Shown: positions 1 to 9,402 of the stretch, one piece after another
How positions within the stretch are numbered: the first letter of the stretch is position 1
Layout: each line of letters begins with the position of its first letter
Source of the DNA: an uncultured bacterium
Lineage (GTDB): Bacteria > Hydrothermota > Tepidihabitantia > SM23-42 > CAYGYG01
Length of the DNA stretch: 64,000 nt
NCBI GenBank assembly: GCA_964354155.1
Contig: CAYGYG010000009.1
Coordinates: forward strand, 6,053 to 70,052
Reading direction: 5' to 3'
Made by a program: the position numbers and the translations under genes
The notes under the pieces: model-generated
Database searches by the model: none
Seen by the model: the letters and a program-made list of their open reading frames with translations, nothing else
Told to the model about the DNA's origin: nothing

Positions 1-303
1 CTGTCAGTCGAAGACGGGGCTTCCGGCGCGGCGCCGACGCCGCGACTCCGGCTCTCGCCCAACCCGTGCGGTTCGCGCGCGAACTTCACCTTCGTTTTGC
101 CGGCGGGGGTTGATTATCGGATCGTTCTGTTCGATGCGGTCGGTCGCCGGGTCAGGATTCTCGGCGGGCAATCGGCCGGCGGCAATCAAAGCATCGCCTG
201 GGATCTAAAAGATGCGGCGGGAACGCGGGTGCGGCCCGGCGTCTATCTGTACCGGTTCGATGCCAGAGGGCTGAAGCAGAACGGCGATATCATCGTCAAC
301 TGA
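1..303 (+). CDS. C-terminal fragment of secreted protein with FlgD-Ig/T9SS type A-like sorting domain (5' end outside window)
   Basis: Frame open from base 1: ...LSPNPCGSRANFTFVLP...LFDAVGRRVR...WDLKDAAGTRVRPGVYLY, the typical sorting-domain pattern. Confidence 0.8.
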   Translation: MSVEDGASGAAPTPRLRLSPNPCGSRANFTFVLPAGVDYRIVLFDAVGRRVRILGGQSAGGNQSIAWDLKDAAGTRVRPGVYLYRFDARGLKQNGDIIVN

Positions 304-342
304 AACCTCGGACCGGTTCTGGTTTCCGGGCGCGGCTTGCGG

Positions 343-831
343 TTATCGGTTCAACTGCCAGATCGCGTGATTTAGGATTGCGGCGAAACTGACCCACGCC
401 AAATAGGGCACCAGCAGCAGTCCGCTGATCGGTACGACCTGATAGAAATAGAAGACCGTCAGCGCGATCAAAAGCCACAGGAATACGATTTCGACCAACC
501 CCAATCCCGGAGATCTCAGCCCGAAGAATAGCATCGACCAAAGAACGTTTAGGGCTAACTGAACGAAGAAAACCACCAGGGCCGTCTTCGCTCCCGATAC
601 GGCAAGCCCCTTGCGCCAAACCAGAAAGAGCGCGATGCCCATGAGCAGGTAGAGAGTAATCCAGACCGGACCGAAGAGAGCATTGGGCGGCCGCCACGCC
701 GGGCGGTTCAAAGACTCGTACCAGGTCTTTATGGACGGCGTCGTGAAGATCGAACCGACAACGCCGGCCAGCTGACAGATCAGAATGCTGGCGATGAATT
801 TGAGGATGCCGAATGACTCAGTTCTTGGCAT
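343..831 (-). CDS. tspO: TspO/MBR tryptophan-rich sensory protein
   Basis: WYESLNRPAWRPPNALFGPVW, QLALNVLWS and LVPYLAWVSFA motifs; five hydrophobic segments. Confidence 0.93.
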   Translation of the reverse strand: MPRTESFGILKFIASILICQLAGVVGSIFTTPSIKTWYESLNRPAWRPPNALFGPVWITLYLLMGIALFLVWRKGLAVSGAKTALVVFFVQLALNVLWSMLFFGLRSPGLGLVEIVFLWLLIALTVFYFYQVVPISGLLLVPYLAWVSFAAILNHAIWQLNR

Positions 832-870
832 TTGACAAGATCCTCCTTGCGTCGATTGTTGCTGCGTGTA

Positions 871-3800
871 TCAGGCATTCCGGTAAGCCTCGACTGCCTT
901 AATCCGGTGCTCAACCTTCATCTCTTTGAAGACCGCCACTGCCCGGTCGAATTGAACGTCGGCGGCGCCCGGCGGGTAGACTTTCTTCTGAATGCCCTGC
1001 TTTAACATCCTTCCATATTCCAGGTAGGTTTCAGCCAGCATCTTCTTGAAGTCGATCCGCGTCAAGATTTCGATCGCCCTTTCGAAGTTGTTCTCGGCTT
1101 TTTTGAAATCGTCGGTCAGCCCGTAGTACTCGCCGAGAATCATGTTGAAGACCGCTTCGCCGTATTTGGTCTGGACCTCGCGCGCGCTCTGTAAGCCTTT
1201 TTCAAGATACTCGAGGATCTCGGGGCGCGGTCCGGTACTTCCTGATTGGCGCATTTCGAATACGCCGAGTTCCGCCCGGTAGGCGTAGAGCCTAAGGAAT
1301 TCGTACGGATCACGAAGGTCCTGCAACTTCTTCTCTGCTTGCTGCAAGTAGTGTCCGGACTCAACCGGATCGCGCTTGTCCAAGTACACCGCACCGATAC
1401 TAATCAGAGTCGCGGCCACGCCCCTCCGGTCCCCCACTTCTTCATAACCCTTCATGGCCTCGACGAAGTACTCGACCGCTTGGTCGTAATCGCCCTTTTC
1501 CTTGGCCACGTCGCCCAGGAAAGAGTAGCTGGTCGCCACCGGCCGCTTGGCGCCCAGTTCCTTAAATATCTTGACGTTCGTCTCGTACAATGCCATTGCT
1601 TTGTCAAGCTGGCCCAGCATTTGGTAGACCATTCCCATGTTCGCGCTGGCCGCGGCGGCTACGTAACCGACGCCGATCTCGGTAGCGATCCGACGTGCCT
1701 GCTCGTACAAGGCGAGTGCCTCCTGGTAGTCCCCCTTGTCCTTGGCGACGCCGGCACGCTCCATTATTACTTTCGCGATCGACCGCTTATCGCCGATCTT
1801 GCCGGCGGCATCTTGAGCTCGCTTGTAGAAATCGTGCGACTTTGTGATCTCGCCCATGCTCGAATAGACGCTGCCCAGGCTGGTCGATATCCGCCCGACC
1901 GCCATTTTGTCGCCGAGCTTTTCGGCAATCTCCAGCGACTTAGAATAGTACTCGAGCGCCAGCGGGAAGTCACTGATTTCGTAGGCCGACGCCGCTAAAC
2001 TGCCGAATCCCGCGGTCTTGATCTGATCCAGGCGATTGCGGTCGACCAGCGAATCGCCTTGCCCCGTCCCGGAATGCGGCGTCAGCTCCTCGGCGATTTT
2101 CAGTGCCTGCCGTCCCTCGTCGAGGGCGCGCTTCGGATCGCCCTTCTCCCGCAGCACCCGGGAGGTCAAGATATGCAGTTCAGCCTGCTCGGCCATTTCC
2201 GCGTTCGACGGTGTGGTCAACCCGGCTTTCACTTCGACCACGATTCTTAAGGCATCATCGTAGCGGTTTTGGTCGAGGTGAACCTCGGCCATTCTTCGCT
2301 GGGCCCGGCGGCGGCCCGCCGGATCGACCGTGCGGCCCAGCATCGCGGTATAGCACTCAAGTGCCTTTCCGTAGTCGGCGGTCAGAGAGTGGATGTCGCC
2401 GAGGCCCTCGTAGGCGCCAGCGAGAATGATATCGTGGCCGGGTTCGTTTTGCGCCAGCGCAACCAGGCGGTCGAAATACTTTACTGCTTCATCATTGGCA
2501 TACCGCGCCCGGGCCTTCAATCCGGCTTTCATAAGCCACTCAAACGCCTTGGCCGGATGGTCGCTGTTCGAATACTGATAAGCAAGAATATCGGTGAAAT
2601 CATCCGGCCGGTCGCGATAGATCATTTCGATGAGCTCGCCGGTCTTTCGATGGAGTTCGCGGCGCCGCTTGAGCAGGAGCCCGGAGTACGCCACCTCCTG
2701 GAGCAGCGGATGACGAAAACTGTACTCTTCTTCGCGATCTTCCTTGCGACCGATGATGTACTCGTACTCTTGGAGCGTTGCCAGATGGACCGACAGCATA
2801 AGGCTGTCGAGCGTGCAGAGTTGTTCTAAAATCGGCGTCCGAAAGTTGCGCCCGACCACGGCGGCCATCTGGAGCACGTCACGGACGTCCTGGGTCAACT
2901 TATCCAACCGGGAAGCGATCACCGCCTGGACTGTGTCCGGAATCCGGATGTTCTCCAGGTCCTCCGGGCCCCGGCTCAACGACCAGATACCGTCGGTATA
3001 GACCAAAACCGCCGTATCGATCAGCGACCGGATGATTTCTTCGACGTAGAACGGGTTGCCTTCAGCCCGGGCAAGAATCTTGTCCTTGAAGGCCGCGGTA
3101 ATGCCCGGCACGTTAAGCAGGTTGTAGACCAAGGTTGTGGAAGCGCCGCCATCGAGCGGCTGCAGAGTGAGTTCGTGATAGTCATCGCCCAGTGCTTTCT
3201 TGAGTCGGCTCCGGGTCGCATCGGGCGCCGCATCCTTTTCGATCCTTGAGAGGGCGACGAGCAGGATCGGCGGCCGATCCGGCGGTGCCCCGGCCACCGG
3301 GCGGAAAATGAATTCGAGAAGTTCGAGCGACTCCTGGTCGATCCAATGATAGTCGTCGATGATGAGCAGGACCGGCCGGGTCCGCGCCAGGGTCGTGAAC
3401 AGTTTCTTGAGTGTGACCATGATCTGAACCTTGAGGCCCTGGGCGTCCAGGAACTTCACCTTTTCGTCGAATTCCTCAGCGAAACGAATCGAAAAGAGAT
3501 AGCCGAGATAGGGGATTACGTCGGCCCAGTCATCGGGAAAGATTTCCCGCGCCTTCTTCATCAGTTTTTCCTGAAAGAGCTTGCGGGTGTCGTTCTCGGT
3601 AATATCAAAGAAACCCTCGAGAATCTGGAGAAAAGGCCAGTAAGGCACGGTGTCGCCATATGACAGGCACCGTCCGACCAGCTGGACAACCCGTGACGAT
3701 CCGCTCCTTAGGCCGGATCTCAATTCTTCGATGAGCCGCGATTTCCCCAGCCCCGGGCCGCCGAGAACGAAAATGACCCCGCCCGTGCCGCCAACCAACC

Positions 3801-4470
3801 GGTCGGCCGACTGCTTGAGCACATCAAGTTCTTGCTGGCGACCGACCATCGGCGAACTCAGACCTTTGATGCCGCGCTTAGGATCCGGGTGTTCCCTCAA
3901 CCTGAGCGGACGATAGATTTTTATCGGTTCTCTCACTCCTTTGGCCGCCACCGCCGGACGTGCTTCATAGTCGAAAAGATACCGCGAGGCCCGGAAGACG
4001 GGTTCGGAGACGATGATCTCGTCCCGCTGGGCGATGTCCTTAAGGCGGGAAGTCAGATTGACGACGTCGCCCATCACCGTGTATTCCTTCTTTTCCTTGG
4101 AGCCGACATCTCCGGTTACGACCGTACCCATGTTGATGCCGACGTGGAGCCCGAGGTCGACTTTCTGTCCGAGTTTGGAGGCCAGCGCCCGGTTGATGTC
4201 CGGCATCGTCTTCATCATCTCCAGCGCCGCTTGGATCGCCCGCTCCGGGTCATCCTCATGAGCTGAAGGGTACCCAAACAAGGCAATCACCAGATCGCCT
4301 TCGTACTTGTGGATCGTGCCGCCGTGCTTGATGATCGGCCGGTTGAAATGCTCAAAGCAGGTACTGGCCACCTGCTGGACATCTTCCGGGTCAAGGCCGG
4401 CCGACAGGGGAGTAAACCCCGAGAGGTCGGCAAAGAGGATGGTGAGAAGGCGTCGTTCTTCGAGCATCAT
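871..4470 (-). CDS. Class III adenylate/guanylate cyclase fused to STAND/AAA ATPase and TPR repeats
   Basis: LFADLSGFT, KYEGD and GDVVNLTSRL cyclase motifs; Walker A GGPGLGKS; Walker B IIDDYHW; GNPFYVEE; C-terminal TPRs. Confidence 0.9.
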   Translation of the reverse strand: MMLEERRLLTILFADLSGFTPLSAGLDPEDVQQVASTCFEHFNRPIIKHGGTIHKYEGDLVIALFGYPSAHEDDPERAIQAALEMMKTMPDINRALASKLGQKVDLGLHVGINMGTVVTGDVGSKEKKEYTVMGDVVNLTSRLKDIAQRDEIIVSEPVFRASRYLFDYEARPAVAAKGVREPIKIYRPLRLREHPDPKRGIKGLSSPMVGRQQELDVLKQSADRLVGGTGGVIFVLGGPGLGKSRLIEELRSGLRSGSSRVVQLVGRCLSYGDTVPYWPFLQILEGFFDITENDTRKLFQEKLMKKAREIFPDDWADVIPYLGYLFSIRFAEEFDEKVKFLDAQGLKVQIMVTLKKLFTTLARTRPVLLIIDDYHWIDQESLELLEFIFRPVAGAPPDRPPILLVALSRIEKDAAPDATRSRLKKALGDDYHELTLQPLDGGASTTLVYNLLNVPGITAAFKDKILARAEGNPFYVEEIIRSLIDTAVLVYTDGIWSLSRGPEDLENIRIPDTVQAVIASRLDKLTQDVRDVLQMAAVVGRNFRTPILEQLCTLDSLMLSVHLATLQEYEYIIGRKEDREEEYSFRHPLLQEVAYSGLLLKRRRELHRKTGELIEMIYRDRPDDFTDILAYQYSNSDHPAKAFEWLMKAGLKARARYANDEAVKYFDRLVALAQNEPGHDIILAGAYEGLGDIHSLTADYGKALECYTAMLGRTVDPAGRRRAQRRMAEVHLDQNRYDDALRIVVEVKAGLTTPSNAEMAEQAELHILTSRVLREKGDPKRALDEGRQALKIAEELTPHSGTGQGDSLVDRNRLDQIKTAGFGSLAASAYEISDFPLALEYYSKSLEIAEKLGDKMAVGRISTSLGSVYSSMGEITKSHDFYKRAQDAAGKIGDKRSIAKVIMERAGVAKDKGDYQEALALYEQARRIATEIGVGYVAAAASANMGMVYQMLGQLDKAMALYETNVKIFKELGAKRPVATSYSFLGDVAKEKGDYDQAVEYFVEAMKGYEEVGDRRGVAATLISIGAVYLDKRDPVESGHYLQQAEKKLQDLRDPYEFLRLYAYRAELGVFEMRQSGSTGPRPEILEYLEKGLQSAREVQTKYGEAVFNMILGEYYGLTDDFKKAENNFERAIEILTRIDFKKMLAETYLEYGRMLKQGIQKKVYPPGAADVQFDRAVAVFKEMKVEHRIKAVEAYRNA

Positions 4471-4629
4471 GCGGGTTGCCCGGCTCTCTTACTATCGCCA
4501 GCTTGCGTACGGCGACATTGCGTTGGGTCTCGTGGCGCACAAAATACGTGCCGGGCGGCAGATCGAGAGTACGATCGCTACGATGGCTGTCGTCAATACG
4601 AGGCGGCCAATGATTGACCGGCTTTTCAT
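4467..4629 (-). pseudogene. Internal-deletion relic of a secreted sorting-domain protein
   Basis: AGGAGG RBS and ATG at 4629 give a signal-peptide-like start (MKSRSIIGRLVLTTAIVAIVL). Another frame then gives DLPPGTYFVRHETQRNVAVRKLAIVKR, whose TGA overlaps the cyclase ATG. Confidence 0.6.
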
Positions 4630-5000
4630 AGTATCCTCCTTACGGCCCATGGGTTTTCCCGCCGGCTGACGGTATGGGAACTACCGGTCGGCCGATTATC
4701 GGATCACCTTGTTGCTCGACTGCTTACCGGGCCGGCCCGGCCCGAAGACGTCCATGGCCGGAACGACACTACTGCTGGAGACAACGATCGGCAGGCGGCC
4801 GTCCCATTTCTCCAACGCCAAGCGCTGAACTTCAATTCGGCGCAGTTCAATCAGGGCGAACGTGACCTGCTCCTTAGACGATCACCGCTACTACGATGAT
4901 GAATTTCAGAAAACCTATCATTCACGGCTCCTATCGTTATTGAAAACCGCAGTCTTTCGTTTTGGTTGGACGGCACGAAAACGTTTTTCGATTGAGGGAC

Positions 5001-5028
5001 ATTCTAACAAGATATCAACGGTTGTCAA
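5001..5028 (-). promoter_or_regulatory. sigma70-type promoter
   Basis: TTGACA-N16-TAGAAT on minus strand. Confidence 0.55.
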
Positions 5029-5078
5029 TCGAGAAAGTGGCCGGGTCTCCTGTCAACGGTCGGCAGCCGGATCGATCG

Positions 5079-6509
5079 CTACCGTATTTTGACCAGGCGC
5101 ACCGGTTGCCGATTAGCTCCCGGCGGGACATTGAGTGGCCCGACAAAATATATGCCGCTGGGAAGGTCGGAACCGACCATGCTCCCCTGGTACCGGCCGA
5201 TCATGCGACCGGAGGTGTTGTAAAGGGCAAACCAGTCGTTCTCATGTCCGATCGCGCGGGCAAAGCTGCGAAACGGGTTGGGCACGGCGCGCCAGCGAGG
5301 AGCGGAAGGCTTGCTGATCCGGTTTTCGCTGATGCCGATATTTCCGAAGGGGTTGCGTTTGTAGTATATCTCCTGATTGGCGTCCCGGTTGTCGGTCCAG
5401 ACGACATGGACCCTGGTGCCAGAAAGCGCAACCGAGGGATAGAAGGAATCACTGGCATCGTTAGTCAGGCTGGTGTCTGGGCTCCAGGTCACACCGTTGT
5501 CGGTGGAACGCTTGTAGAAAATCTCGGTATTGCCGTCCCGGTTGTCGTACCAGACGAGGTGGATGCCATTGCCGGAAACGGCAACTGAAGGCCGGTAAGA
5601 GTCGGCCGGATCATTGGTAAGCCGGACATCCGGACCCCAGGTCAGGCCGCCGTCAAGCGAACGCTTGTAATACAATTCCTTGTTACCGTCACGTTCGTCA
5701 AACCACGAGACATGAATCTGGTTTCCCGAGACGCCGATGCTCGGCAAGTAAGAACCGGCCGGGTCATTGGTGAGGGCGGTATCGGGCTGCCAGGTTGCGC
5801 CGGCGTCCGTCGAGCGCTTGTAGAAGATCTCGGCGTTACCGGTACGCATATCATACCAGACAACATGAACCGATGCTCCGGACGCGGCCACGGCGGGAGG
5901 GCCCGAGGTTGCCGGATAGCTGGTCAAACGCTGATCGGGCTGCCAAGAGACCCCGCCGTCAGTGGAATGCTTGTAGAAGATGTTCCAGCTGTAACGCAGG
6001 CCGTCCCACTTGAAGTCGTGCCATACGACGTGGGTGAGAAGATTCCAGACCGCGATCGAGACCCAGGAATCGGCCTCAACCCGGAAATCGTCCCTGGTCA
6101 ATTGTGTGTCCGGAAGCCAGGTCGTGCCGCCATCCGTGGAACGTTTGTAGAAGATCTCGTCATCCTGGCCCCGGATGTAGTCGCACCAGACAATGTGCAC
6201 CAGGCCTTGGGGCGCCACCGCCAGGGAGAGGTTGGGCACCATCGAGGCTGAGGCCGTGTCAGTAAGCTTCGTCTCAGGACCCCAGGCGATCCCCCCGTTG
6301 GTTGAGCGCCGATAGAAGATCTTATCACCAGCATCGCGATAGTCAAACCAGATCACGTGCACGGTGTCGTTGGATGCGGCTACGCACCAACCGCTGTTGG
6401 CCGAAGTCTGGGAAACACTGCCGTCGGTGGTTAGACGAAAATCAGGCTCCCACTGGCCGAGAACAGCCGTTGTGGAAATCACTAACATCAACAGGACGGA
6501 TCTCATCAC
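5079..6509 (-). CDS. Secreted BNR/Asp-box repeat (sialidase-like beta-propeller) protein with C-terminal sorting domain
   Basis: Signal peptide; repeated 'EIFYKRSTDxGxTW' Asp-box units; PNPF...LPSGIYF tail. Confidence 0.85.
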   Translation of the reverse strand: MMRSVLLMLVISTTAVLGQWEPDFRLTTDGSVSQTSANSGWCVAASNDTVHVIWFDYRDAGDKIFYRRSTNGGIAWGPETKLTDTASASMVPNLSLAVAPQGLVHIVWCDYIRGQDDEIFYKRSTDGGTTWLPDTQLTRDDFRVEADSWVSIAVWNLLTHVVWHDFKWDGLRYSWNIFYKHSTDGGVSWQPDQRLTSYPATSGPPAVAASGASVHVVWYDMRTGNAEIFYKRSTDAGATWQPDTALTNDPAGSYLPSIGVSGNQIHVSWFDERDGNKELYYKRSLDGGLTWGPDVRLTNDPADSYRPSVAVSGNGIHLVWYDNRDGNTEIFYKRSTDNGVTWSPDTSLTNDASDSFYPSVALSGTRVHVVWTDNRDANQEIYYKRNPFGNIGISENRISKPSAPRWRAVPNPFRSFARAIGHENDWFALYNTSGRMIGRYQGSMVGSDLPSGIYFVGPLNVPPGANRQPVRLVKIR

Positions 6510-6635
6510 GGTAACCTCCTGAGACCTTTACGGTCATGATTGAACCGATTAGGGAGACGGTTTGCCCCAGGCATTATACTTGGCGTTGCGCGGCAGTAAA
6601 GAGCGAAATAGAGCCATGCCCGGCGCGGAAAGAGA

Positions 6636-6663
6636 TTGACATCGCCTTAAGCGAGTATAGAAT
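6636..6663 (+). promoter_or_regulatory. sigma70-type promoter
   Basis: TTGACA-N16-TAGAAT upstream of 6702. Confidence 0.65.
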
Positions 6664-6701
6664 ACCGGCGGGGAAAGGTAGTATCTAGCGAAAGGTGGTG
6701 A

Positions 6702-7985
6702 ATGGTGAGCATTGACCGGTGCAGGGCGATTTGGCTATGCGTGACGGTGTGGGCTGGCTTGGTTGTTGCGCAGACGCGCTGGCAGAAGTACTCAGGCAAT
6801 CCAATCATGGTGAAGAGCAATCCGATCTATGAGTACTATGCGATTGGCCAGCCGACCTGTCTCGTTGTCAATGACACATTTAAGGTGTGGTACTGCGGGG
6901 CCGGCATTGACCACCGGGCGCGGGTACTGCATGCCTATTCCACAAATGCAACCAGCTGGACCAAGTACGGCGGCGGCACGCCGGTGATTGATGTTGGCGG
7001 GGCGGGCACCTGGGATTCGCACTGGCTTGACACCCCGGAGATTCTGCAAGACTCGCGGGAGTTCAAGCTATACTACTTCGGCAACACCAGTGACACGGTA
7101 CAAACGAGCCAGGGCATTGGTCTGGCAACTTCGACCGACGGCATTAACTGGCAGAAGCATGCGAACAACCCGGTCTTTGCCAAAGGCGACAGTACGGCCT
7201 GGGATGGGTTCTGGATCGAGTCGCCGGCCGTGCTCTTTGCATGCGATACGTTCCGCATGTGGTACAGCGGCGTGGCGCGCGACTGGAAGATTCGAATTGG
7301 ATACGCGACATCGACGGACGGAGTTTTCTGGACCAAACACCCGGCCAATCCGGTCATTGACCTCGGTCTGCCCGGAACCTGGGAAGACTACATGGTCGCC
7401 GTGGCCAGCGTGGTCAGTAATGGCAGTCGCTATGAGATGTGGTACTGCGGAGTTTCGGCCGCCGACCTCTCAAACGGCGTGATCGACACGCCGCGTGTCG
7501 GTTATGCGTACTCGGCCAACGGTTTGATCTGGACCAAGTACAGCGGCAACCCCGTCTTGTCAATGGTCGACCCGCCGCGGGACACGCTTGGACCCTGGGC
7601 GCCGTCGGTTGTGAGTTACGGGGGCGGTTACCGGATGTGGTATGAAACCGGAGTCGGGTTCGGTTACGCCACCGCGCCCACCAGCATTGAAAGCGACCCG
7701 GCATGGGGGCATAGGGTTGATCTCGCTATCGCACCGAGTTTGGGCTTGCGCCACGCCCGAATCATCTACTCGATTGCTAAGGCCGGCCGGGTAACGATCT
7801 GCATCTTCGACACCCGGGGTTGTTTGGTGCGGAGGCTGATCGAACACGAAGCGCGGGCGGGCCGACATGTACTGACGTGGAATGGGAGGAACGATCATGG
7901 CCGGCCCGTCAGCAGCGGCGTATACTTTTGTGCCCTGCAGGGGAATGAAACGGCAACCGCCAAGAAGTTCGTGATTCTAAGATAG
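6702..7985 (+). CDS. Secreted five-bladed beta-propeller (GH43/GH130-like) protein with FlgD-Ig C-terminal domain
   Basis: Repeated 'GYATSTDGxxWxKxxxNPV' blades; WNGRNDHGRPVSSGVYF tail. Confidence 0.8.
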   Translation: MVSIDRCRAIWLCVTVWAGLVVAQTRWQKYSGNPIMVKSNPIYEYYAIGQPTCLVVNDTFKVWYCGAGIDHRARVLHAYSTNATSWTKYGGGTPVIDVGGAGTWDSHWLDTPEILQDSREFKLYYFGNTSDTVQTSQGIGLATSTDGINWQKHANNPVFAKGDSTAWDGFWIESPAVLFACDTFRMWYSGVARDWKIRIGYATSTDGVFWTKHPANPVIDLGLPGTWEDYMVAVASVVSNGSRYEMWYCGVSAADLSNGVIDTPRVGYAYSANGLIWTKYSGNPVLSMVDPPRDTLGPWAPSVVSYGGGYRMWYETGVGFGYATAPTSIESDPAWGHRVDLAIAPSLGLRHARIIYSIAKAGRVTICIFDTRGCLVRRLIEHEARAGRHVLTWNGRNDHGRPVSSGVYFCALQGNETATAKKFVILR

Positions 7986-8085
7986 CACGTATCAGAGACA
8001 CCGGCAGTCCGCGGCAATCAAAAAGAAACGCCCTGAACGAGATAGGATTCTCAACGTACAATCCATCGATCCTATTGCCAGGATC

Positions 8086-8205
8086 AATCAATCGTTTGAT
8101 TATCTAAAACTTCCATTAAATCACAAGTTATGCCATTGTCGTGACTATCTTGTGAGAATCTTGTGAGGGGTAAGTGCATAATGACAGTTGAACAATCGTT
8201 TGATT
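8086..8205. promoter_or_regulatory. Two putative TetR operator sites
   Basis: Near-palindrome AATCAATCGTTTGATT (8086-8101) and GAACAATCGTTTGATT (8190-8205) upstream of the TetR gene. Confidence 0.55.
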
Positions 8206-8231
8206 GGTCTTTGACCTAAAAGGAGCAGAAG

Positions 8232-8930
8232 ATGACCGAAGAAAAGAAACCTGATGGAAAGCAGAGGATTTTTGACGCCGCCGTCGAGTTGTTCGCGATG
8301 AAAGGCTACGACGCGGTTGGCACCCGAGAAATCGCCAACCTGGCCGAGGTGAACATCTCGATGATCAACTACTACTACGATGGCAAGGTCGGTATTCTCA
8401 AAGCGATAGTCGACGAGTCTTCCCGGAGGTACTACTCAGCGATTATCGATGCCGGCGCCGACGATATGGAGCCTCGCGAGCGCATGCGCCGGACAATTCA
8501 TAACATGGTCCGGTTCTTCCGCGAGAACACCGCGATGTCGATTGTCATGTCGAACACCTTCAACTACGAAGTGCCCGAGATCGTCGAGCTCAGGCTCCAG
8601 TGGATTGCCCAGAATCGCGCCCGGCTCGATACGCATTTCGCCCGCCTCGGGCTCGACATCAAGGATCATATCCAGATGAGTGTCTTCCGCGGCCTCTTGA
8701 CAGCGATAATCCAGCAGCACTTTCAATCAATGTTCATTTATGAGAGGAACAAGAAGATGTACGATGATGCGGAGAAGAAGTACTTCCAGGGGGAAGTCAA
8801 CGACCGGCCCGAGGAATGCTGTGCGCCGCCGGATGACGACTTCTATCGGAAGTATGCGGATACGCTGACTGATTTCTATCTGTTCGGCGTTACTGGTTTG
8901 GCGGATAAAAAAGGAAAAAAAGGAGACTAA
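8232..8930 (+). CDS. TetR/AcrR family transcriptional regulator
   Basis: RIFDAAVELFAMKGYDAVGTREIANLAEVNISMINYYY HTH; AGGAG RBS. Confidence 0.92.
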   Translation: MTEEKKPDGKQRIFDAAVELFAMKGYDAVGTREIANLAEVNISMINYYYDGKVGILKAIVDESSRRYYSAIIDAGADDMEPRERMRRTIHNMVRFFRENTAMSIVMSNTFNYEVPEIVELRLQWIAQNRARLDTHFARLGLDIKDHIQMSVFRGLLTAIIQQHFQSMFIYERNKKMYDDAEKKYFQGEVNDRPEECCAPPDDDFYRKYADTLTDFYLFGVTGLADKKGKKGD

Positions 8931-8931
8931 G

Positions 8932-9381
8932 ATGACACACCTAATCACTTTACTAACCTTCGTGGTTTCCGGGTTCAGCGCGACCAGCCCGGTCACGATA
9001 CAGAATCAAGCCGTATTTGCCGTAGCGAACGCTTCGGCCGGGGAAGTCGATAACGCGGTAAGAATGCCCGAGGTGATTGTTACGGCGCCAAGGGTTCCGG
9101 CGGACAGCGTCGATTTGCTGATTGGTAAGTACCGACCGCAGCCGGGTCTAGCCGCACTGGGGCGCAGCCTGGCGGGCTATGGCTTCATGGTGGTTGCCGG
9201 AATCTTTGCCCTGGTCTGGATCGTTCTGGTCATATCAGGAATGGCGGCATGGCCCCGCGAGCCGAGAATCCCCCACGAGCAGCCGAAAGTCCACATCTAC
9301 GATGTTTTCCAGCACCAGCCGGTCGCGGTTTACGACATTAGGAAGAAACGGCTCGATGCTTTGCGCCGCCGGCGCTCCTAG
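8932..9381 (+). CDS. Hypothetical membrane protein
   Basis: GGAG RBS; N-terminal signal-like segment, MPEVIVTAPR, one further TM helix. Confidence 0.65.
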   Translation: MTHLITLLTFVVSGFSATSPVTIQNQAVFAVANASAGEVDNAVRMPEVIVTAPRVPADSVDLLIGKYRPQPGLAALGRSLAGYGFMVVAGIFALVWIVLVISGMAAWPREPRIPHEQPKVHIYDVFQHQPVAVYDIRKKRLDALRRRRS

Positions 9382-9402
9382 GATCGGATCAGAAAGGAGG
9401 CA

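Noticed and set aside
4830-4935. Short RBS-led hydrophobic ORF on the minus strand (MIGFLKFIIVVAVIV*)
   Set aside because: Only 15 codons; may be another relic, but there is too little evidence to call.
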